DNA of 64,000 nt from a virus (IMGVR_UViG_3300035698_028866:16527-80526); one strand, 5' to 3'. Numbered from the stretch's first letter, positions 9,725 through 19,364 are shown. The notes: a model not told the origin generated them from the letters alone. Program-made: numbers and translations.

Positions 9725-11023
9725 CTACTGCCAAGGCGTGTCCAGTTCAAAAAAGCTAAAGATGTTCCTACCCACTTGACAGATATCCGAAGCCTTGGAA
9801 ATCTCTGGGGAGGAAGACCATACAAAGGCATCGTCAAGTGTATGAGTCCCGCACAGAGTAGACGGAGGAACAAACACCTTACCCGACTCAATCTTTGAGC
9901 TTAAAGCAAAGCCGTCTTCTGGGATTAGGACAAGATCGGGAATGATACCAAAGGATTCATCACCATAGATATCCTCCCCTTTGTGAATAGCCTTGAACAC
10001 TCTTTTGTCAGTGTCAAATGTCTTCAGGGCCTTCAAGTCCATCTGCAAGGCATTACGTATTTCCTCTACGTCTGTAACACAACCCTTATCCCATACGCCC
10101 TTCTGCATGATGTAGATCCGACCCATGAACAAGGAGAATGCAAGAGACCCCATCTGTATGTCCCTATAGAGCTGGCGATATCCACAGCGTTCAAACCTGG
10201 TAAAGCCCTCGTTCCATAGCCATGTGTTCAGCTTAACCTCTTTCTCTATGAGGCACATGCCGTGATCACTTAGGATAACCACATCAGCTCCAGCACGGTC
10301 AGCCTCCTCAAGGAAATCAGCAACGAGAGAATCCACTCTGCGATAAAAGTCCAGGAAGTACTCATGATCTTCGTGATTCTTGTCATGGTAGGCATCCAGA
10401 GCAAAATGTCCTATCCTATCTGTGTCTATGTCATGTAGGAAGAAGAAGTCCCAGTCGTAGTTGTGCATTACATCCATAGAAAACCTATGACGTGCTGCAC
10501 TTACAGTATCCAGCTCTGTCTTGAATAGGCTAGGGTTCAATTGGGTCTTTACGGCATCAATGTCCTGTCTGTAGCCCGTAGAACGAATCTTCTCACGAAC
10601 ACTCTCAGGACCTACTATATCTCTAGAGTCTGGGTTTATCTCACACCCGGAGAGGAAACCACTCACCATGATGTTACAGTTCGGAAGTGCAGGGTAAGAC
10701 AGGGGAACACCTAGAGATATGCAGGTTGCGCCCTCTAAGTCTAAACTGTCCCATATGGTGCGTCCTGCAATATAGTAGCTATCAGGGATGCTAACACTGA
10801 GGTCGTAATTAGGCTCCAAAAACCCAAAGACTTCTGTGTCCTGAGGATAAAGCCCTGTCTGAAAGGATGCCCAAGCTGATATACTCACGGGAAGAACAAC
10901 ACTGGAGATCTCATGCCCGTTCTTCAAGAGGCTCCCAAGAACAGGCATTACGCCTTCTTCTCCGAGAGCCCTTGCAAGAGATAAACTAAGACCATCAAGA
11001 CCCAAGCCTGCTAGTTTTTTCAT
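9725..11023 (-). CDS. Alkaline phosphatase family protein (type I phosphodiesterase/nucleotide pyrophosphatase-like)
   Basis: GLDG, SISAWASFQTG, TDRIGH, LSDHG, PDL, GTH motifs. Confidence 0.85.
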   Translation of the reverse strand: MKKLAGLGLDGLSLSLARALGEEGVMPVLGSLLKNGHEISSVVLPVSISAWASFQTGLYPQDTEVFGFLEPNYDLSVSIPDSYYIAGRTIWDSLDLEGATCISLGVPLSYPALPNCNIMVSGFLSGCEINPDSRDIVGPESVREKIRSTGYRQDIDAVKTQLNPSLFKTELDTVSAARHRFSMDVMHNYDWDFFFLHDIDTDRIGHFALDAYHDKNHEDHEYFLDFYRRVDSLVADFLEEADRAGADVVILSDHGMCLIEKEVKLNTWLWNEGFTRFERCGYRQLYRDIQMGSLAFSLFMGRIYIMQKGVWDKGCVTDVEEIRNALQMDLKALKTFDTDKRVFKAIHKGEDIYGDESFGIIPDLVLIPEDGFALSSKIESGKVFVPPSTLCGTHTLDDAFVWSSSPEISKASDICQVGRNIFSFFELDTPWQ

Positions 11024-12255
11024 GTAAAGATACCTCCGGCTACGGTTTTTCCGTCCCTTAGGAGAGAAAACCTGCCTGTATATGGGTTATTAGCAAACGT
11101 CTCAAATGCCAGCGCCTTCACGAGAAACCCTGCGTCGGCTATATTAGTCTTTTCCAGCTTCATCAGATCTTTCATATTTCCCGCTGTAGCCGTATTCGTC
11201 CTTGTAGTCAAACTAATGCCTGTGCACGGATACTTGGTGAATCCAGCACGGAGGACAAGATTGTTGGTTTTCTCACCTTCTACTATCTTTAAGGGCTCGT
11301 CGTCCAACCAGAATATAGTCCCGTGACCAATAGGAAAGAACACTAGTGCTTGATACTTAGGAGTAAGAATGTCCCCACGGTCAGGAGCAAGCGTGGTTGG
11401 ATCGAACGTAAGCCCGATAGCATCACCAGCGGAAGCAGACTCAATAGGCCTTCCCCATCCATCTATTAGTGTATATACCTCTCCTGTCATTCTTGGGAAG
11501 CCACCTACTACAAAGTCCTTAAGCTTGATACTTCCTGTTCGAACAACTCCCATGTAGATATCTTCCCCAGGCATAGAGATCTTATCCTGTATCTCTATAC
11601 GAGAAGGAAGAAGAGACCTGGTGTCAGTCGGGGGAATCTGCTCTGCTATAACATCGAGTAAAGCACCCCCAAGCTCAAACGCAGGGAAGCCGGGAGTAGA
11701 TACGTTGAAGCCTGTAAGCGCGCTAATGGGGACATGAGCAGTTATCTTGCACCCAACCTTGGTTATAAGCCTATCCAAGGTCTTTTTGGCTTCTTGATAG
11801 CGTTTCATGTCATATTCAATTGCATCCAGCTTATTGTAGACAGCTATTACCGACTTAGTGGACATGAACTTGAGAAGATGTGCATGTCTAACAGTCTGCT
11901 CCGTAACACCCTCTGTAACGTCGAAGATGAAGAGGACAGAGTCAGCCTGTGTAGCACCGCTAGCGGCCGCTGTGAAGAATTCCAAGTGACCGGGTACGTC
12001 TACGAGGGTAAACTGCCTATCCTTGTGCCTGTAGGTTACCTGACTCTCTCCTATTGTCTTCCTAGTTATCCGCTCCTCTCTCAAGTAGTCTACGAGAAAT
12101 CCAAGCTCTAAGTCTTTCATACCACGCTCTTTACAAGTCTTCTTCACATCGTCGATCCTACTCTGAGGAATTCCGCCTGTGTCTAGAAGGATCCTGCCTA
12201 ACAGTGTGGACTTTCCATGATCCGTGCTTCCAAGAAGTACTAGTTTATGTATCAT
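11020..12255 (-). CDS. cysN: Sulfate adenylyltransferase subunit 1 (GTPase)
   Basis: GSTDHGKST, ERITRKTI, DVPGH, NKLD, ISALTG, TGRF..TVAGG; adjacent to cysD. Confidence 0.9.
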   Translation of the reverse strand: MIHKLVLLGSTDHGKSTLLGRILLDTGGIPQSRIDDVKKTCKERGMKDLELGFLVDYLREERITRKTIGESQVTYRHKDRQFTLVDVPGHLEFFTAAASGATQADSVLFIFDVTEGVTEQTVRHAHLLKFMSTKSVIAVYNKLDAIEYDMKRYQEAKKTLDRLITKVGCKITAHVPISALTGFNVSTPGFPAFELGGALLDVIAEQIPPTDTRSLLPSRIEIQDKISMPGEDIYMGVVRTGSIKLKDFVVGGFPRMTGEVYTLIDGWGRPIESASAGDAIGLTFDPTTLAPDRGDILTPKYQALVFFPIGHGTIFWLDDEPLKIVEGEKTNNLVLRAGFTKYPCTGISLTTRTNTATAGNMKDLMKLEKTNIADAGFLVKALAFETFANNPYTGRFSLLRDGKTVAGGIFT

Positions 12256-13077
12256 TTACATATATCCCAAAGCGTGAAGTCGTTGCATGTTATAAGTGTC
12301 TTCCTTGTCTTGTGCCCTTCCGTCTCGTTCAGCATCCGTTGTGGTGCATAGTTCCTTCATGATCGCATCCAACGTATCAGCATCGGAGTCTATCGGAGAG
12401 CTACAAGGATCACAGCCCAAGCTTCTATAGCGTTTCCCTTCCGAAGCAAAGTAGAGAGGGCAGACGGGGAGGTTGTTCTTCTTGACATAGCTCCAGACGT
12501 CGATCTCGCGCCATGCAAGCAAAGGATGAATCCTGTAATGCTCCCCGGGATTCATCTCACTATCATAATGATCCCACAACTCAGGAGACTGGTCCATGTA
12601 GTTCCACTTGAAGTCCTTATTCCTGGGAGACCACATGCGTTCCTTTGCTCTTATCCCATGCTCATCCCTTCTTATACCCAAGAAGAGCGCGTCGAACCCA
12701 TTCTCCTCTACACAGTCCATGAGCGCCACAGTCTTAAGCTTATGGCAGCACGTGAACTTATCTGACTTACTAGGCCCCTGCCCCTCACTAAGAGCCTTTT
12801 CGTTCTTCGCCACTATTAGGTTCAGCCCGAGCTCTTCCACCTGCTGGTCCCTGAAGCGTAGAAGCTCTATCTTATGCCATCCCGTATCTATGAATACCAC
12901 GGGGAAGGGGTTTATACCAAAGAATGAACTCCTACATAGCCAGAGAAGGGTCTGACTATCTTTACCACATGACCACAGCAAGGCAGGGTTCTTGAATTGG
13001 ACCCTTGCCTCACGAATAGCAATCACGGAGAGCTGCTCTAGTTCGTGCAGCCTCTCATCTGACGTCTCTTTGTCCAT
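12256..13077 (-). CDS. cysD: Sulfate adenylyltransferase subunit 2
   Basis: LWSCGKDS, IDTG, GIRRDE..RAKER, QSPELW, RIHPLL, YRSLGC, ERDGRAQDKE; start at MDKETS with AAGGGA RBS. Confidence 0.93.
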   Translation of the reverse strand: MDKETSDERLHELEQLSVIAIREARVQFKNPALLWSCGKDSQTLLWLCRSSFFGINPFPVVFIDTGWHKIELLRFRDQQVEELGLNLIVAKNEKALSEGQGPSKSDKFTCCHKLKTVALMDCVEENGFDALFLGIRRDEHGIRAKERMWSPRNKDFKWNYMDQSPELWDHYDSEMNPGEHYRIHPLLAWREIDVWSYVKKNNLPVCPLYFASEGKRYRSLGCDPCSSPIDSDADTLDAIMKELCTTTDAERDGRAQDKEDTYNMQRLHALGYM

Positions 13078-13078
13078 A

Positions 13079-13336
13079 CTAGTGTCCCTTTGAGGTTGAT
13101 TCAATTGCATCTTTTATGATCTCTATATCATCCCTTAGCTCTTCAAAGCGCTTTACGAGGTCTGAAAGCTTCAGGTCTTCCGGGGGAGCACAACAGCGTA
13201 TCCCCGAGAAGCCATTGTTCACACCAGGGAATGCTGCTGGGTAGTGCTCCTTCAACTCTTCGGTCAACTCTACAAGATCGAGCGACAGGAAATAAAGCCT
13301 ATTCCTGTCCGCCTTGTTTATACCTCCACTAGTCAT
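13079..13336 (-). CDS. Hypothetical protein
   Basis: 85-aa ORF in the operon. Confidence 0.6.
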   Translation of the reverse strand: MTSGGINKADRNRLYFLSLDLVELTEELKEHYPAAFPGVNNGFSGIRCCAPPEDLKLSDLVKRFEELRDDIEIIKDAIESTSKGH

Positions 13337-13337
13337 T

Positions 13338-13901
13338 TCATCCCTCCCCTTTTACCAACTCAGCAGGGTCATACGAGTCCATTACCTCCGTAGACAACTT
13401 CCCAGGAGATTTTATCCTCTTCTGCCTGTCCATTATCACCTTGGCATAGTTCCTACCATCGTGATCAGGTTCAAACATACAGATAAGCTGGATAGGCTTG
13501 TTAAATGCGTAGGCAACCCCAAGATCGAAGTGGCTCCCCGTACTTTTCCTTGTCCAGAATATCGCTACCATATCACTCCATGCTATCTTCTTTACCTCCA
13601 AGGCTACGATCTCATTCCCCGTCTCATCCTCGGGCATTCTAACCTCATTGGGGTAGAAGATGTCATGCCCCTCATCTCTCCATACCCTCACCTGCTCACT
13701 CATTTGCTTCAGCTGCTCATCAGTCGCCTTCCTGACAGGGCAGATAGCATACACCTTTAAGGGTCTTGGGGGAAACAAGGACGTATCCTCATCCTTCCCC
13801 ATGCTCTTCTTCTCCATCTTCAACTTCCGTCTTGTTTTGGCCCAAGAACTTTTGCCACTGCCAGAGTTGCCGATTTCTTCTTTGCTGCTTTCCCACGTCA
13901 T
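13338..13901 (-). CDS. Nucleoside 2-deoxyribosyltransferase-like protein
   Basis: KVYAICP...IFYP...IAWSDMV...STGSHFDLGVAYAFNKPI pattern. Confidence 0.7.
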   Translation of the reverse strand: MTWESSKEEIGNSGSGKSSWAKTRRKLKMEKKSMGKDEDTSLFPPRPLKVYAICPVRKATDEQLKQMSEQVRVWRDEGHDIFYPNEVRMPEDETGNEIVALEVKKIAWSDMVAIFWTRKSTGSHFDLGVAYAFNKPIQLICMFEPDHDGRNYAKVIMDRQKRIKSPGKLSTEVMDSYDPAELVKGEG

Positions 13902-13916
13902 GGGTTAGTCTCCTTT

Positions 13917-14108
13917 TCATAAGGTATTAGCTACACGGTTAAATAGATCTTTATTCACATGTTCAAACACATACGATACGTCACTCACTTTTATAGTCTT
14001 AAACTCCCCAGTCTCCGAATCTGTTACATATCCGTCAATAATAAGCCCAATGACCTTATAGAGCTCTTCCATAGACTTCGGAGGGGTATAGGTCTTATCT
14101 TCGTTCAT
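13917..14108 (-). CDS. Hypothetical protein
   Basis: 63-aa ORF overlapping the upstream stop. Confidence 0.55.
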   Translation of the reverse strand: MNEDKTYTPPKSMEELYKVIGLIIDGYVTDSETGEFKTIKVSDVSYVFEHVNKDLFNRVANTL

Positions 14109-14467
14109 GTTAATTCCTCATGAGCACGAGGTTCTAAGCAGTAACCAAAAATACCACGGAGCTTCTCACATGTATGACTGTGAACTATCGGCGCGTTGCC
14201 TGCATTTGCACCACACCAGCATTCATTATCCTCCAGACTTAAGAGTAAAACGGACAAAAGGTTAAGGGACTCGTAAGACATAACAAGCTCCTGTAACACA
14301 TCCCTTACACGACACAGACCGACACGCGTAACTGAATCACCCTCCAATCTTAAGACAGATCCATCCTTGTCTGGAACATTCCCTAGAATTACGTTCTTCT
14401 CATCCGTAAGATCGGAGAGAAGTTCATAGGGCTTGATATCGCCACGAATACGCAAGTTCAGCTTCAT
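14105..14467 (-). CDS. Hypothetical protein
   Basis: 120-aa ORF. Confidence 0.6.
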   Translation of the reverse strand: MKLNLRIRGDIKPYELLSDLTDEKNVILGNVPDKDGSVLRLEGDSVTRVGLCRVRDVLQELVMSYESLNLLSVLLLSLEDNECWCGANAGNAPIVHSHTCEKLRGIFGYCLEPRAHEELT

Positions 14468-14631
14468 AATACATACCTTTCATATGCCACTTGCATTGGG
14501 AAAACGCTGAAAAGGTGTCTAGAGTGCCCTGAACGAGCTCCCTGGGAAACACCACACGAAGCACAAGAACGAGGCATATCACAGTTAGGCAAGACCCGTC
14601 CTTGTGCACAACTTGGTAGGTACTCCTCCAT
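14464..14631 (-). CDS. Small Cys-containing hypothetical protein (possibly leaderless)
   Basis: ORF 14464..14658; ATG at 14631 lies 7 nt after the -10 box. Confidence 0.4.
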   Translation of the reverse strand: MEEYLPSCAQGRVLPNCDMPRSCASCGVSQGARSGHSRHLFSVFPMQVAYERYVL

Positions 14632-14638
14632 GCCCTTC

Positions 14639-14668
14639 ATTATACGGAATAACGTCATGTAAATGCAA
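14639..14668 (-). promoter_or_regulatory. Sigma70-type promoter TTGCAT-N18-TATAAT
   Basis: Directly downstream of terminator 14682-14724. Confidence 0.6.
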
Positions 14669-14681
14669 CTGAAAATCTAGG

Positions 14682-14724
14682 TCATAGCAAAAAAAAAGGA
14701 GGGTTGATCTCCTCCCTTTTTTTT
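14682..14724 (-). terminator. Intrinsic terminator with U9-GCTATGA tail (A/T tracts on both sides)
   Basis: GGAGG/CCTCC hairpin flanked by A9 and T8. Confidence 0.85.
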
Positions 14725-14773
14725 GATGTCAGGCTCTCCTTAAGCTAATCTGGGTGTGTTAGATAAGTCTTGC

Positions 14774-14980
14774 TCACCAGAAGGGAATGGGAACTTTCAA
14801 TGGGAAATCCAAAGCTGCTATCTCCCAGCAGTCGTCAAACAGCTCTTTACATATAGGCAATGGTGCGAAAGGATATTTGACATTATAAAGCTGCTGCTCT
14901 CGCAATATCACATTTCCAAAACTAGGATGCTTCAGAATAGTACCCTTCTTCGCCTGTGGGAGCAGCTCTCGTATATACAT
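14774..14980 (-). CDS. Paralogue family 1 (MYxRELL..A..G..L.HP) protein
   Basis: Shared N-terminal domain; AGGAG RBS. Confidence 0.75.
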   Translation of the reverse strand: MYIRELLPQAKKGTILKHPSFGNVILREQQLYNVKYPFAPLPICKELFDDCWEIAALDFPLKVPIPFW

Positions 14981-14993
14981 AGTCAGTCTCCTT

Positions 14994-15299
14994 TCATGGA
15001 TTTAGTCCAGTTCCTTTACAGTCAGGGCATACCAGATTTGGGTTGTTTATCAGAGTCTTACACCATCCCTTATCCACGCGCCCAGTTCCGTCACACTTGT
15101 TGCATGCCCCTGGTGCTGGCTCGGCTATCTCCCAGCGATCGTTGAGCACGTCTAGAGTGATTTTGACTAGCATGGTCTTGACGCCCTTTTCATCCCGCCA
15201 ATAGAGTGTACCATTGCTCCACATTGCCAAGCACATAAATGCACGATTACTAAACAGAGCACCCTCCTCTGCCTGTGGGAGCAACTCTCGTAGATACAT
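14994..15299 (-). CDS. Paralogue family 1 protein with DnaJ-type CxxCxGxG zinc finger
   Basis: CNKCDGTG...CPDCKGTG. Confidence 0.75.
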   Translation of the reverse strand: MYLRELLPQAEEGALFSNRAFMCLAMWSNGTLYWRDEKGVKTMLVKITLDVLNDRWEIAEPAPGACNKCDGTGRVDKGWCKTLINNPNLVCPDCKGTGLNP

Positions 15300-15301
15300 A
15301 G

Positions 15302-15748
15302 TCAGTCTCCTTTTCCATTGTAGACAATACCGCCACCAATGTTCATTAACCTAGTTTCAAGCTCCTCAACGCGTTGTAGTGCAGCATCAAGCTTCTCTTC
15401 GCGTAATACTGATAGCGTTGGAACCTCGGGCTCTATTAGTTTACCTGTTCCTTTACAAACAGGACATTCATAGACTTCGTCAAGAGAATTTGGAATAACG
15501 ATTTTTTCCTTATCAGATAGCCTAAGGTGTGAGATATCCACGCGTCCCAGTCCCTTACACTTTGGGCATGCTCCCGGTGCTGGCTTGGATATATACCAAA
15601 AGTTGTCAAAAACCGCATTTGTCATAGTCACAGCTGAACCATGTCGGGCCACAGAAAGACGCTCTTGTAACCAAACACAATCTGACTTTACTGGATGCCC
15701 TAATACTGCACCAGCCTTTGCTACGTCAATTAGTTCACGTAGATACAT
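15302..15748 (-). CDS. Paralogue family 1 protein with DnaJ-type zinc finger
   Basis: CPKCKGLG...CPVCKGTG. Confidence 0.75.
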   Translation of the reverse strand: MYLRELIDVAKAGAVLGHPVKSDCVWLQERLSVARHGSAVTMTNAVFDNFWYISKPAPGACPKCKGLGRVDISHLRLSDKEKIVIPNSLDEVYECPVCKGTGKLIEPEVPTLSVLREEKLDAALQRVEELETRLMNIGGGIVYNGKGD

Positions 15749-15750
15749 CG

Positions 15751-16344
15751 TTAGTCTCCTTTCTTCAATACCAAGTAGCCACCGTCATCGTCTATTGCAA
15801 TGATCTGACTTCCTGGTGGTAATTCTATTTGTTGTGGAGTTTCACCGGGGCGGACATACTTTTTGGCATCATCCTCACACTCTGTTACCCAAACAATATC
15901 TGATGCTTTGAATGCTGTAAGATCAATTCCGCATGCCTTAGCAGCTACCAAGATATCATCATTGCCAAGTTCGTCTGCCTCAAAGCGGACAACATCAAAG
16001 GCTGTTGTTCCCTTGGCGTGTACGTAGCCACTCGAAACGCGCCAAGCAGGTCCTTGCCATATAGCAACTTTATCTGTTTGGTTCACGAAAACCCTTCTCC
16101 TCTTACGTATTGGGATTTCGACGATCTTCCCCGGAGGCCATGCCTTTTCGTAGGCATCGGGGAGCAACGCTTCAGGAGGGGCTATCTCCCAGCGATTGTC
16201 GATGACGTCACAGTCAAGGATCAATGTTTCTCCACCATCTGGTCGGAAATTACCATCAGCGTCTATACGCACAACCCCTCGAACAGCTGGGTGTATCAAA
16301 GGAATGCCCTTCTTTGCCTCATTGAGTAACTCATGCGGGTACAT
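15751..16344 (-). CDS. Paralogue family 1 protein with extra C-terminal domain
   Basis: Start MYPHELL at 16344 after AAGGAGG. Confidence 0.7.
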   Translation of the reverse strand: MYPHELLNEAKKGIPLIHPAVRGVVRIDADGNFRPDGGETLILDCDVIDNRWEIAPPEALLPDAYEKAWPPGKIVEIPIRKRRRVFVNQTDKVAIWQGPAWRVSSGYVHAKGTTAFDVVRFEADELGNDDILVAAKACGIDLTAFKASDIVWVTECEDDAKKYVRPGETPQQIELPPGSQIIAIDDDGGYLVLKKGD

Positions 16345-16669
16345 TATCATCCTCCTTTGAGAGTTTTGCTCCACAGCACGCGCATCTGTGTCCATTCTCC
16401 GAGAATGTCTCCCATCTCCCGCCACACAAAGAACACACGCTCTGTATGTCACGCACGACCTGAAGATGTACCCAGTCCCGGCTACGGTGGTCACGTAGGA
16501 AGTCTTGGAAATCCTTAACGGCTTGATCAAGCTCCTTTGCATACTGTTCCCACTGAGCCTCGGTCATCCCGTAAGCTCTCCGAACCTCTGGGAAGGAAGC
16601 AACTACATGGGCATCCACAAGACGCTGGACTTCCTTGCATGTTTCCTGTACTGCGATTTGGTCACTCAT
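16331..16669 (-). CDS. Hypothetical protein with C-terminal zinc ribbon
   Basis: CSLCG..CACCG; start MSDQ with AAGGAG RBS. Confidence 0.65.
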   Translation of the reverse strand: MSDQIAVQETCKEVQRLVDAHVVASFPEVRRAYGMTEAQWEQYAKELDQAVKDFQDFLRDHRSRDWVHLQVVRDIQSVCSLCGGRWETFSENGHRCACCGAKLSKEDDNVPA

Positions 16670-16680
16670 AGCCTGTCTCC

Positions 16681-16905
16681 TTATGCTTTGTAAGTGGAGG
16701 GATACAAGGTGTCCACAAAAGTAATGGCCCCCATACATCCGATATAAAAATCCTTCTTCGTCGGCCACGGGTCTAAGGGAGCCATTGCATAATAGGCTGT
16801 GTTGGCATCGTGTATGTTTCTACATACGCACCAGACCCCATACTGTACTCCCTTGTCGTCGGCAGTGTTTTGTGCGTTCGAGAGTGCCTGTTTTAGTGTA
16901 TTCAT
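16681..16905 (-). CDS. Hypothetical protein
   Basis: 74-aa ORF. Confidence 0.55.
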   Translation of the reverse strand: MNTLKQALSNAQNTADDKGVQYGVWCVCRNIHDANTAYYAMAPLDPWPTKKDFYIGCMGAITFVDTLYPSTYKA

Positions 16906-17267
16906 AACTGGACCCCTTCCGCTTTGGCAATTGCAGCCTGAAGAGCCTCAAGCCTACGATTAGGCCACGGCCCGTTTGCGCGGACGTAGCGCTCTAAATA
17001 TGGCTGACAAGCCCGCGCCGCCTCCAACAGGTCAGGAGCCGCAGCGATTAGGTGTGCATTGGCCCGATTAACACCTACAATTGTCCCATCGGCCTCCACC
17101 CCTGCCTCAGGGTCCGCCACCTCTGCGACAACATAGCCCCCTCCAGCCCCCCGTATTGGGGGATTCACGTTGAGCGGTGCCATTACCCAGAAACAATACT
17201 CGGGTAAGGAGTGTCCGAAGGGATAATAAACCTGCCACGGTCCCGGCGTGTACTTTGATTCGCTCAT
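16902..17267 (-). CDS. Phage protein of the common TPGPW...ANAxLIAAAPDLL type
   Basis: KYTPGPW and ANAHLIAAAPDLLEA motifs. Confidence 0.8.
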   Translation of the reverse strand: MSESKYTPGPWQVYYPFGHSLPEYCFWVMAPLNVNPPIRGAGGGYVVAEVADPEAGVEADGTIVGVNRANAHLIAAAPDLLEAARACQPYLERYVRANGPWPNRRLEALQAAIAKAEGVQL

Positions 17268-17278
17268 AACCTGCCTCC

Positions 17279-17608
17279 TTATGCTTTGTCAATGGCTTCA
17301 CGGGCCTCTTGTGTCATACAAGCCCACATATCTTCCTTGCCAACGGCTTGATAAGCTTCTTTTGTGATTCTGTGTTCACAACGCTCAATAAGCAAACGCA
17401 GTGCTGCCATCAGTATAGGTGCAGCAGCAACAGGATCAAGAATCTCTATACTCCAGCGATCATCAAGTAAGTTCTCACACGCTGTTAATGGATAATAAGG
17501 ATGCTTAGTATCGTAAAGAGTTTGACCGCGCAAAAACACAGTTCCAAAGCAGGGATGGGTCAGAATAGCTCCATGCTTCGCTTTCTCGAGTAATTCATGT
17601 ACATACAT
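17279..17608 (-). CDS. Paralogue family 1 protein
   Basis: MYVHELLEKAKHGAILTHP. Confidence 0.75.
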   Translation of the reverse strand: MYVHELLEKAKHGAILTHPCFGTVFLRGQTLYDTKHPYYPLTACENLLDDRWSIEILDPVAAAPILMAALRLLIERCEHRITKEAYQAVGKEDMWACMTQEAREAIDKA

Positions 17609-17872
17609 TTATCCCTTCTCCTTATTATCAAAACACATTGGAGGCGGTGGTGGATTATGCCCAATTCTTTCGGGTTTCAGTTTGTACCTCCAGTTAGATA
17701 ACTTAAGTGTAAAGCTTGACATTCCAACCTTGTCGTTATCAGCATCATAATACCGCCAAAGCTCATTGACTAATTCTACTCTCATACCGTCAATTTCTAT
17801 AGCTGCCCCCTTAGAGGCAGCTATATTTAATTCATCCCACGACTTCGGAGTTACCCAGTCATGGACAAGCAT
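17609..17872 (-). CDS. Paralogue family 2 (WVxPxTWxEL...NWRY) protein
   Basis: Shared motif. Confidence 0.7.
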   Translation of the reverse strand: MLVHDWVTPKSWDELNIAASKGAAIEIDGMRVELVNELWRYYDADNDKVGMSSFTLKLSNWRYKLKPERIGHNPPPPPMCFDNKEKG

Positions 17873-17874
17873 AG

Positions 17875-18648
17875 TTAAGCTCCTTTTAGTATGCGTTCTA
17901 CACGGCTTTGAATTATAGCACCGGCAATGTCCCTCACTTTAAGGGCTGACGATGTAACGAAGCTGTTCCATAGATATTCCAGCATGCTGCGAAACTCCTC
18001 ACGATCTTCCTCAGCTTTTTTAGCGCGCTCTTCCAGTTCTCGATTAGCTTCAAGCAGAGAAGCCTTATCCGCCCGCAGTGTCAGAGCCATGTCACCAAGA
18101 TTAGCCCTCTGAGCGTCGAATTCTTCCGCTGCCCTCGCCGCCTTAAACATCACTTCCACATTCTCAGCGCGGTTTGCCAGTTCTCGATTAGCTTCCGACA
18201 ACACTTCCACATGTTCATACGTGGATATTAGCTGATCATTGAGGTTGGCATTGCGTCCGGTCCAGAAGAGAACGCGCTCGTCCAAGAGGGCCATCCTTGT
18301 ATCCGAGTTAGCCACAGCCTCATACGCCTTGTCCAATCGACTTTCGAGACGGGCAATTTTCTCGTCTTTGTCGTTCTCCAATGTCCCCAGTCCTCCCAGA
18401 CATATATCGCCAGCGGAAAGTTCAGACAGATCTACGGACGACCCTGTCTTCTCCGGTATCCAATAACGCCAATTTGGGAGATAGCGGCCTTCGTTAGTCC
18501 TGGAAGCCAAGGTCTCGAGAGGCTTGGCAACGTAATGCCAACAGCCATCCTTCTCGAATACACGCTCCCCACAAACCTCAACCTTAGGACTAGAGTCCCG
18601 AGCACGTATCAACTCTCCCCATGTTTCTGGTTCAACCCATCCCATCAT
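17875..18648 (-). CDS. Paralogue family 2 protein with coiled coil
   Basis: GWVEPETWGEL..NWRYW; C-terminal LWN..VERILK. Confidence 0.75.
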   Translation of the reverse strand: MMGWVEPETWGELIRARDSSPKVEVCGERVFEKDGCWHYVAKPLETLASRTNEGRYLPNWRYWIPEKTGSSVDLSELSAGDICLGGLGTLENDKDEKIARLESRLDKAYEAVANSDTRMALLDERVLFWTGRNANLNDQLISTYEHVEVLSEANRELANRAENVEVMFKAARAAEEFDAQRANLGDMALTLRADKASLLEANRELEERAKKAEEDREEFRSMLEYLWNSFVTSSALKVRDIAGAIIQSRVERILKGA

Positions 18649-19048
18649 CTGTCTCCTTTAGTATGCGTTCTATGTGAAGTTGCATTGTGATACAAGCAAC
18701 ATCCTTCACCTTCTGTTCTGGCGGCGTAGCTGGCGGCGTAGCAAGACTGTTCCAGAGAGATTCCAGCGCAGTCCGAAGCGCGTCATGTTCGGCCTCAAGC
18801 TTCCTGATGTATTTACTGAGGGGTTCCAAAGGATCCGAGCTCCAATAACGCCAATTCGAAAGGTTGCAGTTCTCTGCGATTAGTAACGAAATATGGGCAT
18901 AGTTATGTTTTTCTTCAGTGGGTTCGAGAATAAACCATAGATTACCTCTCGATAGGGCTACCCAGTTACCACAAAATGTGACGTCTATTCCGTTTTGCCC
19001 CTTCTCTGTCAACTCTTCCCACGTTTTTGGTTTAACCCAACCCATCAC
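18632..19048 (-). CDS. Paralogue family 2 protein
   Basis: GWVKPKTWEEL..NWRYW..IERILK. Confidence 0.75.
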   Translation of the reverse strand: MMGWVKPKTWEELTEKGQNGIDVTFCGNWVALSRGNLWFILEPTEEKHNYAHISLLIAENCNLSNWRYWSSDPLEPLSKYIRKLEAEHDALRTALESLWNSLATPPATPPEQKVKDVACITMQLHIERILKETDDGMG

Positions 19049-19364
19049 TTATCTCCTTATCTCTTTGTAATTGTGTCAAGAAGTTTTTCCTTATGCTATC
19101 CCTGAATTTTTCCTGACTTACCAAATCCGCTCCCTGCGAAATTGCATCAGCATGTTCACTCTCTGTAAGGTTATAATGTGGGAAGTTCCTTACATCCTTA
19201 AACTTCCTACGTTTAATCCCTAACCGTGCGGCATACCTGTGAAGTTTTCTGATACCTTCATCTGTATTACGAACAAACAAGTCGGATATTTTAACCCCAT
19301 CACGGAGTCTTAACCTATTTACATAAATGCTGCCCATGCTTTTATCTTGATCCTTGCCCATCAT
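19032..19364 (-). CDS. DUF4031-like protein
   Basis: IYV...LHRYAARLGIKR..F...PHYNLT...AISQGA. Confidence 0.7.
   Translation of the reverse strand: MMGKDQDKSMGSIYVNRLRLRDGVKISDLFVRNTDEGIRKLHRYAARLGIKRRKFKDVRNFPHYNLTESEHADAISQGADLVSQEKFRDSIRKNFLTQLQRDKEISDGLG

Noticed and set aside
11020-12255. EF-Tu / EF-1alpha
   Set aside because: Adjacency to cysD and the C-terminal TGRF..TVAGG pattern indicate CysN
12256-13077. DndC or PAPS reductase (phosphorothioation)
   Set aside because: RAKER, PELW and ERxGRAQD motifs plus the cysN partner fit CysD; no dnd/ssp genes seen
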